DNA of 64,000 nucleotides from Anthoceros angustus. Its lineage: Eukaryota > Plantae > Anthocerotophyta. The stretch lies in assembly GCA_010909165.1 (NCBI GenBank), contig VJWM01000044.1:1-64000 (forward strand), given 5' to 3'. The position numbers were made by a program, and so were the translations under genes. The first letter of the stretch is position 1. The number at the start of each line of letters is the position of its first letter. Positions 38,976 through 50,307 of this stretch are shown here, piece after piece. A model generated the notes under the pieces. That model saw nothing but the letters and a program-made list of their open reading frames with translations, was not told the DNA's origin and did no database searches.

Positions 38976-41900
38976 TAGGCAGTCATTTTGATCCCGTCCC
39001 AAGCTCGGTCTCGGTCCCGGCATGTGTTAAAAAAAACATAGGACCGGAGGTTCTTCAGGAGTCCGGTCCCCACCCTCGGTCCCCTATTTTTTTCGGGGAC
39101 CAAGGGTTCATAAAAGGTCCGGTTTAAAATTAGTAAATTACTTAATTTTATATCCAAGGATTTATATTTATTATGGACACATGAACCCATCTTATAATTG
39201 GTATGGTCATAAAGACACTTACCATGGATGTATGGGCTATGTCTTTATTTATGTAATACCATCCATGGCCTATGTCTGACCTTTATTCTATGAGATTTTA
39301 TTAGCTTATTTTGATACATCTATAAAAAGTAGATATGTAATATTTTGCTTTGAATGTAGTTATTAATGTATACAATAATTTGTTGATATGCACGCTCATC
39401 CATGAAGATGGACTAAGATATGGTATCTCAACCCATAGACTTACATAGGACTCTTATCCTATCATGCTATGAATAGACACCCTTCAAGAGTACATAAGGC
39501 CACAACATTAGCATTTGGAGCATCACTCATTGTTGCTCTCTTCATTGCGGTGTGCTTGTTGTTTTTCTTTCTTACTTCTTATTCTTCTTCTTTGCTCCTT
39601 GTTGTTCTTTCTTGGTAAGGGCTCTTCTTTTTTAGAGCTTATGTCTTTTTGAGCTCTTTAGGTTTAGAGTTCATTTCTGTTTGAGCTTATCTCTTTGTAA
39701 GCTCTTCTCTTTTAAAGCTTTGTTTTTGGCTCTTCATTGCTATATTAATTTTTAAAAATTTGCGGTAAAGATGGCTCATTTTTCTCAAAGTTCAGATCCG
39801 GGTTTTTGGAGGGCTCACGTGATGACCAAACAAGGAGTGGCGACAATAGCCAAACAAGCCAACCGAGTCAAAAGAGACAAAAGGTGCAAAAGGCAAAAGT
39901 CTTCAAGGAAGAATGGAAGGTTGCATTTCATTGGGTGGAGTTGCGCTCAATCAATGGAGAGAATCGAATGTTTTGTGTTGTTTGTGAAAACATGGTCATG
40001 GTGTAGTGGGACAAGCTAAGGTCACACTCAAGCTTGGGTAAAAGGCAAGAGTCTTCAAGGAAGAATGGAAGGTTGCATTTCATTGGGTGGAGTTGCTAAC
40101 ATTTGTGTCCATCTTGAAGTCTTCAAGAATGCATTGGAGGACCATGCAAGGAGTACATATCATTTAGCCATCAAGATGGAGCAAGCCCAAGCCAAGGCTC
40201 AACAACCAACCATGCAACGAACTTTGGAAATGCATTTTTCCAAAAAGGATAAGGAGATTCTCAACTTGTTGAAGTTTGCTTATTTCATTGCTAAGAAGGA
40301 TTTGAGTTTCCATATGTACGAGGACCTTTGTGAGTTCATGGGGATATTGGAGTGGAAGGCATTCCAGGTGAAGACATATGGTTCATATCTTACAGATAGT
40401 GCTTGCAAGGAGCATGTGGTTCTCATAGCCAATTTTTACGAACAAGAAGGAGAGGTTGCGTGCAAGTCCATGGTATGGGATACTCATAGATGAGGGATGA
40501 TAAGGCGATGGTGCAACACATAATTATTTATGTGTATTATTTGCATAATGGGGAGCGACGGAGTTTTGAAGCTAGCCAACATAACAAGTGCACGTGCGGA
40601 AGACATCTTCAACGCCTTGGTTGAGCAATTGCAACTCTTTGATGTGGACATCAAAAAAATGAGTGGATTTGCAAGCAATGGAGCATCAGTCATAATTGGT
40701 AAGGGTGAAGGCCAAGGAGATCACAATGTTGTGAAGTTTCTGCGGAATGTGAATCCGTATTTTGCTCAAACTCATTGTGTTGCTTACTTGCGGTGGAGCG
40801 ACATCAAGGTTCCCTACTTTGAGGTGGCGGATAATATTGTCAAGAAATTGCACGCTGCTCTTCATCATTCAAGTAAGAAGACTACGGCTTTGCGTGAATT
40901 GCAAATGCAATTAGAAATGCAAGTCTTAACTGTATCAGGAATTCATGATGTCCATTGGTTGTCTAGAGGTCAAGCCACGAGTAGAATAGTTTGTCTATTA
41001 CCAGCTTTACTTAAATTTGCTCAAGAAGATGAGAGCCTAAATTGGCCAAAAGGCAATAAGGGTCCAAGTAGTTCTTCTTCTTTGCACGGGAAGAATGTCT
41101 TCCAAGCTTTACTAACTATTAAGGCCTTGTTTTTATTTCACTTTTTATCAGTTCCTTGAATACTAACTTTCAACGTGATTATCTGGAGCCAGTTAGCACA
41201 GCTTCCCTCATAGATTGTGTTGTTGAACAAGTCAAAAGTATGTATAAAGTTGATAGGGTGAGTATGGGAAGTGGAAAGCTTTTCTCTTTCATTGAAATCT
41301 TGAAAAAAAGTCATGGAGTGTATGAGGGTTTTGTAATATCTAACTACTCTGAAAGTGAACTAAGTTCTTGCATTGCTAGTGCTAACAAATATGCTTTAGC
41401 TGTTGTTGATGCAGTGAATAATAAGTTTCCTGATCTTTGTGTGTTGCATGCTTGTCGTCTATTCAGTCCTAAATTTTATCCTGAAGATGCAGATGAGCGT
41501 ATACATTTAGTTAATAGTTTGTTAGAGGTATTGTTGAAAAAGTTTGGAACTAACTCTTTGGATGCAAATACTAATGTTGTCGACCCTGTTGTAGTTGATG
41601 AGGTGTGTCAAGCTGAGTTGGTAACATTTGTGTCCATCTTGAAGTCTTCTTGTGCTGGATTGAGTATGTTAGCAGCTTACAAAATATACTCAACAACTCG
41701 GGAGTGGGTAGTACTGACAGCCTCTATGTTACGTCTTTGGGAATTATGTTTGGTCATACCTTGTAATACTGCTATATGTGAGCGGGGATTTTCTAAACAA
41801 AACTTTGAGTATATCCATCAATGGTCGGCCTGGTAAGGAGATAGATTGGAATGGTATTTTTAAAGCTTGGAAAGACCAGCCCCGTCGATAGAATATACTA

Positions 41901-42085
41901 GACATTTATATTTTTATATTATTATTTATAAATTATTTATTTAGTATTTATTATATTTAGTGACCAAGGGTCGCAAAAAGGCACGGTCCTTGCTCGGTCC
42001 GGGACCGAGCGTAGCCAGGCTAGGCGGTCCCGGGGACTGAGATAGTACTCGGGCAAAATCACACCCTGGTCAAAATGACACCCTG
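38976..42085 (+). mobile_element. Decayed hAT-superfamily DNA transposon (ZNF862/TTF-zinc-finger type transposase)
   Basis: Fragmented ORFs 39806-41836 encode a TTF-like FKEEWKVAFHWV...MFCVVC, AYFIAKKDLSFHMY, GFASNGASV, THCVAY, HDVHWLSR and the hAT dimerisation motif IPCNTAICERGFSK. Imperfect TIRs: taggcagtcattttgatc (38976) vs the reverse complement of ggtcaaaatgacaccctg (42068-42085). ggtccc/gggacc subterminal repeats at both ends. No clean 8-bp TSD. Confidence 0.85.
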
Positions 42086-42409
42086 CACTGAGTGCCTATC
42101 CACATGTCTATTCTTCCTTTTGTTTTTTTTTCTCGGGATCTATCGTCGGTGATGCATTTAGATCTTCGTTTTTAACAATTCATTCTTTATGTCCTCAAAG
42201 GTACAAAGGAGTGACACGCTAGGTATGTCAATTCTCGGGGAAGGTGCAACGGCCATGCACCCGTCTCTCTCTAACCACGGCCGTAACCCTGTGACAGCCA
42301 GGGAGGCGGCGACACACCTCCGCGCCCGGCCCAGCTACCTCCCCGCCTGGCTTCACCACCGGCGCGCCGGCTTCTGACATCCCGCAAATCGAGAGTACTG
42401 ACAAAAAGA

Positions 42410-42860
42410 CAAGTGTTCGCGTTCACTCAAGACCTCAGGACAATTAAAAACGCTTTCACAATTGCTGGATTTCATCGCGCTTTAGACTGGTCTTCTCAAC
42501 TATAGGTACAGTGTGTAAGTCGGTGTGAGGAGGTCACGACCGCAAGATTTCGGGGGCTTCAGATTGTTCATTCTCACTTGCAGGCGCAATGTTCGAGTTG
42601 GTGTAAGGAGAGTTCCCCTAGCTGGAATTCATGGTGCTTCACGAGTATTCGTTCTCACTTGGCGCAGATACAATGTCAGACCTAGTGTAAGGAGTTCAGG
42701 CCAGCTGCAATTTGTAGTGCTTCAGAGTGTTCGTTCTCACAACTTGCTAGCATAATGTCAGAGCTGGTGTGACGAGTTCACGATGGCAGGATTTCGTAGC
42801 ATTTTAAACTGATTGATTTCACTTGAAGGCAAAATGTCGGAGTTGGTGTGCCTAGATGAT
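42410..42860 (+). repeat. Degenerate ~80-bp tandem array (5-6 units), probably a decayed LRR coding sequence
   Basis: Anchor (g/a)gtgt(a/g) at ~42521, 42599, 42683, 42765 and 42845, with recurring gttc(a/g)ttctcac and aatgtc. Translations give SRCEEVT, SWCKE and SWCDEFTMAGF. Confidence 0.6.
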
Positions 42861-43401
42861 GATATCAAGGATTTGATAGTGCGAACTCCAGCCAGTGGCC
42901 TCTTCAACAAGGAGAGCTTAGCTTGGACTGTCGACAATCATGAGTGTGAAGGAAGGAAGCTCCAACGAGAAGTTCTGAAGGCATACATTCCAAGCTCACG
43001 AGTGCGAGATTTCTCTAATGGTGAAGCAAGAGTTCTTATGAGGAACTTAGCGGGCGAAGAGGATGCTGCTTCCTCATGCTCTGAGCGGAAAGATAATGGC
43101 TGTGAGGGCTATACAGCCATTGCGCAACAAGGACTTGTTGGAATTCATCTTCTACACGACAGCTTAAGAAATATTATAAAGTAAAGTAAGTAAATATATT
43201 GTAAAATGACAGAAATCAGGTAGACGAGATACATAATGGCATAGACAAACACTTACGATGGCACTAGGATATAAGCATAACACGCCGGCATTATACGATC
43301 CTTGAGGAGGATAATGACGGACTTGGTTGCGGGTTGCGACAGCGGGAGCGGCCAGCAAAGGAGGCGGTTGGAATCCTGGGAAGAGGAAACGGTTGGGTGT
43401 T

Positions 43402-44758
43402 TCAGGCAGTCGGACGGGACGATGCTTGGGCAGGCGCGACGAGGGTAATGTTGAAGTTGTGGACGAGGAGGCGCTCGTAGTCGCTCACGTACGTCTGGCC
43501 GTTAACGGTGCCTCCCGAGACGCCGCTGCCGTCGGTAGGCACGCCCTTCCCGTCGAGGCGAAGGAAGACGTTGGGGAACTCGGCCGGCGGGTACAGCAGC
43601 TTGAGCGAGTAGCTGACCACATTCGACGCCTCGCTGGGCGCGTTCTCCTGCAGCAGCCACTTGGCGTTGTTGGTAATCTCCGACAGCGCGCTTGTGCGGC
43701 CGATCCCCTTGGGGTGGAACGTGGTCCCGGGCTGAGGCTCCTGCCCCGGGAACACCGTCGGATCCAGCGTCACGTACAGCCCACTCTCCACCGCCCTGAT
43801 CACCACCGCCAACTGCGACCCGACTTTCCCTTCCTGAGCCGGAATCAGCTCGTACCTCAGAGAAGCCTCCTCCCGAGTCCCACTCCACTGGAGCTCCACC
43901 AGGGCCCCCACCCCGTCGGCGGCGAGGCGGGACGGGTCTGTGTAGAGGAAGGTGCTGGGAAACTGCAGCGACTCGATCGTAGAGTCCTGGTAGATGGGTA
44001 GGGGAGGTGGTGGGCTGGGCGGAGGTGGGCTGGGCGGAGGTGGGCTGGGAGGAGGTGGGCTGGGAGATGGGGGAGGTGGGCTAGGAGGAGGTGGAGGTGG
44101 GCTGGGAGATGGGGGAGGTGGGCTGGGAGGAGGTGGAGGTGGGCTGGGAGGAGGTGGGCTGGGTGGAGGTGGAGGGGCTGGGAGGAGGTGGGCTGGGCGT
44201 GGTGGAGTAGGGGGCGACGGTGAAGACGGTGGCGCCGTCCTTGGACGAGGAGGCGGTGAAGGTGATGCAATAGAAGATGTTGTTGGCGCTGCAGATCTTG
44301 TAGCGCGAGGACCTGTCGATGGAGTAGAACCACCAGCGGCCGAACAGGGGGTTGGGCCCGATCTGGAGGTTGAAGCCCTCGTCGGTGATGAGGAACACCC
44401 AGGCCACGTACGTGAGGTAGCGGCCGGTGGCCGAGTGCTTGATGTACACGGAATTGTCCAGCAGGCCGCCGATGATGTACTGCTCCAGCTCCCAGAAGGT
44501 GCTGGTGTCGGTGCCGCTCGTCGTGTACGACACCGTGTTGCCGTAACCGTTCAGGTACGCCGCGGGGGACTCCAGCTTGATCTGGATTTTGCCTTTGCCG
44601 GCGATGCTGGCGATGTCCACGATCTCGTAGCTCGTGGCAAGAGCGCCCGGCGCCTGCAGCAGCGCGCCCAGGCAGGTGCACGCCAGCAGCAGCGCCAGCG
44701 CCGGCAGGAGTCGCAGCGACGTGACATCGGTGGGGGCCGAGCCCCGGAGTCGCGCCAT
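43402..44758 (-). CDS. Intronless secreted chimeric protein: beta-trefoil-like domain + SPPPP extensin-like linker + fascin-like domain; one-base frameshift at 44174-44177 (pseudogene or sequence error)
   Basis: ATG 44758, signal peptide LLPALALLLACTCLGALLQAPGALA, then a beta-rich domain (TFWELEQ, VYIKHSATGRYL, RWWF). Removing one base from the GGGG run gives (SPPPP)n in frame with TIESLQFPSTFLYTDP...VIRAVESGLYVTLDP...FPNVFLRLDGKGV...GGTVNGQ to the stop at 43402. Confidence 0.75.
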
Positions 44759-46736
44759 CCTGCAAGGCACGAGACGTGTTATCCAGACGAGTCGTGACGA
44801 GTGCTTGCTAGTTACATCGGAAACGGACACCACTAACTCATCCCACACTCGAATCGAATCGAATCGAATCGACTCGCGGAACAGAGATTCACAAAGAGAG
44901 AAGCCTGGATGCACGAATCGAGACTCATCAGAAGTCTGGAGAGAAGCAGGAAGCAAGAATTCACGACGCACCTAGCTGCTGGAGCTGATCCGGGGGGAGA
45001 GGTCGTCGAGGTGCAAGTGTGCCATAGTGCAATGCTGCTCGCCACTTCTTATAGCTGATCGGGAGGCGCGCGCAGCGCCCGGTGCATGCATTATTGGAGC
45101 TAGCTCGATAGCGCGGCAGGTCGTACTGCTGTACAAAGTTGTATTTGCTTTTGTCACAGGAGACGACAGGGACTGGTGCTGTAAGGAAGCAATTTAATAT
45201 GCCTGCATGCGCACTACTGGAGGCGGGCAGGCGCTACGGCGGAGATAAGGTAGTCTGTGCTCGCTACGTATCCTCTGCTCCACACCTCACACAAACAAAA
45301 GTTCGCGCCGGGCAGCAGCCTTCAGCTCATGCAGATATGATGACTGTCCTTTTCCAGTGGTCGACGCAATTGGCTATGCACGGCCGGCCGATCGAATCAC
45401 GCGCGGAAGCGTGGCAGTTCTGCGGACCGGCGTTGGCTACTTTTGAGTCCTTCCCCTGACAGGAGGGAAGCTTGAACGTCTATCTGTTGGCTGCAGTTGA
45501 AGGAAATGAAGAACCTTGTGAGTTGTACATGATCTGGATTGATGTACATACATAAGCATGTCCTGGTCACTGCAATCTGTTCTCTGGCTCCTGTCATGGC
45601 AGAGTCCGGAATCCACCGTCTTTGCGCACCAGCACTGCAGCTCTTGGAGTCTGGCATTCTAAGAGTAGTTCTTCTGTCACAGTCACTTTGGGAAGGTCCC
45701 AAAGGTACGCTGAAAGGTTCAGGTAGCATTCATTTCTTTCTGCAATGGAATTAGGTTAACTACGTAGCGGGTGCGTCGTCGGAGCAATCTGCATTCGAGA
45801 ACGCGGTCGCAGGATGATACGAAACATGATTCTGCCTCACACTGGATGGAACAAATTTACACACTTCACAGCGTTCTTACCAGCAAGAGCACGCCGCATG
45901 ACTGCCTGCACGCAGAATTCCATCTTAGCCTCCCCCGCTTCAATTTACCCCTGTTCTTGTCAGTCGGAATGCGCTTGATGAGGAATGTTGGCGCCCTGGA
46001 AGCAAACATCAGGATTTATTCCGGTCATCGTTCCCTAAACCCCGGAGAGATTGCAAGCCTGCTCCACCTGCCACTAGCCATAACTGTACACCTCCCACTA
46101 AGCATCGCTGCGAATTGATTACGTAATGTAGGTCCTTGCCCACCGCAGTCGGCAGGACGAGCGGGGATGCACGCAGGAACCCAGCACCAAGAGGAGTCCC
46201 TGAATTTGGGGCACACTTCCCATCCTGCCCAGACTGGTGGGACTGGTCACAATGGCAATCTGTGGCTTCATCCAAGCCTTCGTGCAGCAGCTTTGCTCCT
46301 CGTCAGGTTCACTCGAATTCTAGACATGAAAGACGAAACAGCAGGGCCACTAGCTGACCCAGACTCCGAGATCCGAGACCTCGGAAGCACGCCCAGGTGA
46401 AGAAAGGGATGACTTTGCGTGCTGCATGGGAGGACTGTGCTTTGGTGCCTTCAACTCGTTTCCTCTCCCTGTCGTTCCTGCGGCTTCACTAATAGATCCT
46501 TGCAATCACGACCTGCCCGGACTGTGCGATGATCGTCTGCCCGACGCCGCGGGACGCGAGCTGGCACTGCAAACTTTAACTGCACCTCATGATTGATCGC
46601 TTGCGGCGACATCATTCGCGTTCGCACAGCAGCCCCGAGTGCTTATTGGTGGGAGGAGAATTCCATCGTCTGGGAAAGAACACGCAACCGGCCAGGCCTC
46701 AGTCAATGGAGACTAACTGAGCAATGGATCTGCCCG

Positions 46737-46745
46737 AAACCCTAA
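46737..46745 (+). promoter_or_regulatory. Telo-box (AAACCCTAA) in the 5' region of eIF2A
   Basis: Exact aaaccctaa about 210 bp upstream of the ATG. Telo-boxes are typical of plant translation-machinery genes. Confidence 0.55.
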
Positions 46746-46954
46746 CGAAGATTGCTGCGGCAACAGCTTCGTTCTCGGAGCTGGCCCAAGGGTGTTCATA
46801 GCAGGACGCAACAATTGCCTTGCGCCGAATCCAGGCATACTTTAGATACCTTGTGCGCTGTGCGTTGAAGCGAGTTGCATATGCGACAATACTGCCGTCG
46901 GACTTGATCAATTGAAGGACTGGATGTAATTTGCCGGGACCAAGTACAACGGAC

Positions 46955-49900
46955 ATGTCGATTCCTCCTCTCAAGTTCATCGGTATGTCTCTTGACAAGG
47001 ATCTCCTTTTTTTTGTCAAGGGATCACCTGAAACATGTTCACGCTGCTCTGTCTCGGTGCTGGCTAATCATCTGTTTCCTTATTCTGTGCAGTTCGGGGT
47101 CCTGAGGGGCTCTCTCTGCTTGTTGGACCTTCTTCCGACGGGGCCCCTGAAGCTGTCTTGGACAGGTGAGTTGCGTGTTCCCACTGTTCTGAATCTCCTT
47201 ACTGATGTTGAAAAAGCAACCCATCATGTATCCAGTCTTCATTCATATGCTTGACAGAAGCTTCAATTTTCTGCCATCTAGCAGGTTACCTTGCACTTCT
47301 GCACTCTTCAGTCCGGATGGGAGCAGATTGGCCATTGCTACTAGCAATGATGTGAAACTCTGGGATACATCATCTGTCAAGGAAATCCTTTGTCTTCCGT
47401 TGTCCGGTGTTCGAGCAGTTGCTTTCTCTCCTCTAGGAAGCTATTTGCAGACTTTTCAGGATCCGTCTGTGCAGCCTAAGAATGTAAACGTATGGGACCT
47501 GAAGACAAAAACAGCCGTTTTCCAACATTCGCAGAAGGCCATGTCGAAGTCTATCTGGTATATAAGTTTATTATTGCAGTCCCATTTATGCCTGTGCCGT
47601 TGATGATCACTCTGTCCAACCATGTGGATGCCTATCTGTTCTAAAGGCATGCACACACAGTTGGAGAGCTCCTCCTTCTGAAGTTGTATGCATCAGAGTT
47701 TTACTTGTGTTTGAAGTTTGTTGTTTATCACAACAGACGTGGTCACTTTGCAGTGGACGCTTTCTCTGAAGGCTGTGTGGCTGTACTGTAATTCACATGA
47801 CCTACGTGTGGACGCCTGTGGTGGTTGTACCCTGTCAGGCCTACGATTCAGTTTAGTGAAGATGAGTCAGTGGCTTGTCGAATGGTGGCAAACGGAGTCC
47901 ATATCTTTGATGGAGGCGATATGTCAAAGGGAGTAGTAGATCGGCTGCAAGTGACAGGAATGCAGAGTTACCAACTATCTTTCTCTCCTCCATCGCATAT
48001 TGCCACTTACGTTCCTGAAATTAAGGTGAGTCTAACATTAGTTTCGTTGCCTGCCTCTGTCATGCAAATGCCTGCTGCAAACGGTGGTTGGCTGTTGTGC
48101 CTTGGATGTTTGTAGTATTTCTAGCTGTTTTTCCCGTCACTTCCATTGCTTTTTAAGTCCTGGTTTGAATTGCCATAATCTGGGTTCAGGGAGCGCCAGC
48201 TTTCGTCAAAGTGTTTAGCAGAGCACAGTTGAACCAAGATGCCCCAGTTGCTCGACGAAGTTTCTACAGATCGTCATCTGCTCAACTATTGTGGAATCGT
48301 GGCTCTACTGGTGTACTCATTTTAGCACAATCAGATGTTGACAAGTCTAACCAAAGTTACTATGGAGAGAGTCGACTTCACTACATAACCACGGATGGGG
48401 CATATGAGGGAGCAGTTCCTCTAAGTATTATTCACCACACAGCATCTCTTAATTGGCTTCTGGTATTGTCTGTTGTATGTGCGGAGAGGGGTTATCTATC
48501 CTTTGCAAGTTTGTGCAGATTGTACGGTCAAGTATTTTGCTTGTTGTACGAGGCACTTGGAAGTGATTGTTTGGGAAGTGTTCTTTGATCCGCAACATTC
48601 AATTTCATGTCTGTCAAACAATCCTGATGTTTCTCTATCTATCTGATGTTTCCCTGCAGAGGAGGGTCCAATTCATGACGTACAGTGGTCACCTTCTGGT
48701 AAAGAATTTGTGGTAGTGCATGGTTGTATCCTTTTGGCAGTCAACAGTCTCATAGTATGCAAGTTCAAGACATGCACATTTTGTCCAGTCCTTTTTCTGT
48801 GATTGTGCGGCTACTGCAATTTCTTTCCACTGGATGGCTTGCTGTCCTTCATCAACTTTTCCAGTCATGCCCTCCAGATCGACTTTATTCGATGCTCGAT
48901 GTAAGCCTCTTTTTGACTTCGGCACTGGACCGTACAACACGGTGCGATGGAGTCTGCACTGCCAATGTATCCAACTACTGATTACTCCTGATCTTGTGTG
49001 TGATGTTTGATAAAGAAAGTCATACTGCCTTTATTACTTAACCTACCCATTTTCAGTCATATGCCTTGCAGGATTTGGTAACCTACCGGGTGATATGGTA
49101 ATCCACCCCCTGTACTCAGTTGTACATGCCCATTGCAGGCTACACTTACACATGTGTGCAGCCTTGTCACATTCAATTCATCTGTTTTGACATATAGGCC
49201 TTCTGGGATCGTGGAAGTCTGAAGGCTCTGGGACTTGCAAAGGCCCCGTGTTCGGTAACATGTGCCTGGTCAGCTGATGGTCGGCACTTGATGACAGCAA
49301 CAACTGCTCCTCGCCTGCAGGTGGATAATGGGTGAGATGATAGCCAGTGGTATTCGCACTTTGCCCTGATAGTTGGGGGGATTGTCTCTTGAGAGCCATT
49401 GTTGAGAGGTAAGCAGGTCTTGATGATCCCGTCGGTTGTGTTTTCTACTTGGTCAGGATCAAGGTTTTCAAGTACAATGGAGCACTTAAATTTCAAAAAA
49501 GCTTTGATAAATTATACCAGGTTAGTGGGATCGTCCAAAGTTGTATTCTCTTTTCTGCTGCAGACTTGGGTTAGGAAGTATGTTGCGATCAGCTGAGTAT
49601 AAGTTGTCCCCTCCGATCTGTGACCACCTGTTAACCTGTTTGAATTAGTGCCAAAGAGTAAGAATATGAAGCACTGTTTGTAGGTACTCAGCCTGTTCAC
49701 TTGTCCTGTATTGTTGCGTTTAGGCTGATTGGCAACCAGCAAAACTGGGCACGTTTGAAGATAGACCTGCATCGCCTCAAAAGGAAAACACAGAGGTCCT
49801 AAAAAAACTAGCTGCCAGCACTCTGAACGGTGGGTGACTCTACGATATCCCAGTCATAGGTCCACTTTTGGTGATTCAAGCAACAGTTACCCTCTGGATG

Positions 49901-50307
49901 TTTCCAATGCTGCAGATACGAAGCCAGCTGCAGATAAGAAGCCAGCCTCATATCGACCACCACATGCAATTAGTGCAGACGCTGTTAAGGCTCAGGTTTA
50001 CCAAGTCACAGCTTTCTCTCGAGCATTGCATTTTTTGTTGCAGTTGCTTATGGTAGTAGCATTTACGGAACTGTTTGATGTATTCACAGTTGCTTGGCGA
50101 AGAACCAAAAGCGAAGGGGTGGGTGTTCTTCTCCTATATCTGATTCCAGTTCATCGTTTCGACAACGTGCTATCCGTGTGACATCCTCCTCTAATAAAAC
50201 GTGCGACAAAATTTGCTGTGTGCAGAGGCGGTGCGGAGATGAGTAAAAGTGCACTTAAGAACAAGAAACGAAGAGAAAAGCAGAAGGAACTGAAAGGTGA
50301 ATCCTGA
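46955..50307 (+). CDS. eIF2A: Eukaryotic translation initiation factor 2A (WD/beta-propeller), multi-exon
   Basis: MSIPPLKFI|VRGPEG; AFSPLGSYLQTFQ; IATYVPEIKG; DVDKSNQSYYGESRLHY; KEGPIHDVQWS; FGTGPYNTVRW; LAGFGNLPGDM; ATTAPRLQVDNG; YRPPHA; MSKSALKNKKRREKQKELKGES*. Confidence 0.95.
48726..48864 (+). other. U12-type (minor spliceosome) GT-AG intron in eIF2A
   Basis: 5' splice site GTATCCTTTT and branch-like TCCTTCAT about 12 nt before the AG. Splicing restores VHG|FMP. Confidence 0.8.
48967..49056 (+). other. Probable second U12-type intron in eIF2A
   Basis: 5' splice site GTATCCAA (partial consensus) and branch TTACTTAAC about 14 nt before the AG. Splicing restores Q|FICLAGFGN. Confidence 0.6.

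Noticed and set aside
42410-42860. CRISPR-like regular repeat spacing
   Set aside because: Whole units are degenerate copies with no unique spacers, the context is eukaryotic, and there are no cas genes.
44081-44083. Apparent premature TAG ending the 296-aa ORF (possible readthrough)
   Set aside because: The TAG is in the shifted frame after the 44174-44177 indel. Reading through it does not reach the fascin-like domain frame.
43994-44797. 267-aa Gly-rich ORF on the + strand (GGGGL repeats)
   Set aside because: It is the antisense shadow of the SPPPP linker and GC3-rich codons of the minus-strand secreted gene.
48948-48966. eIF2A WSLHCQ where a W-x-P-x-G turn is usual (RNA editing?)
   Set aside because: U-to-C editing is organellar, not nuclear. 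Ordinary substitution or sequence error is more likely.
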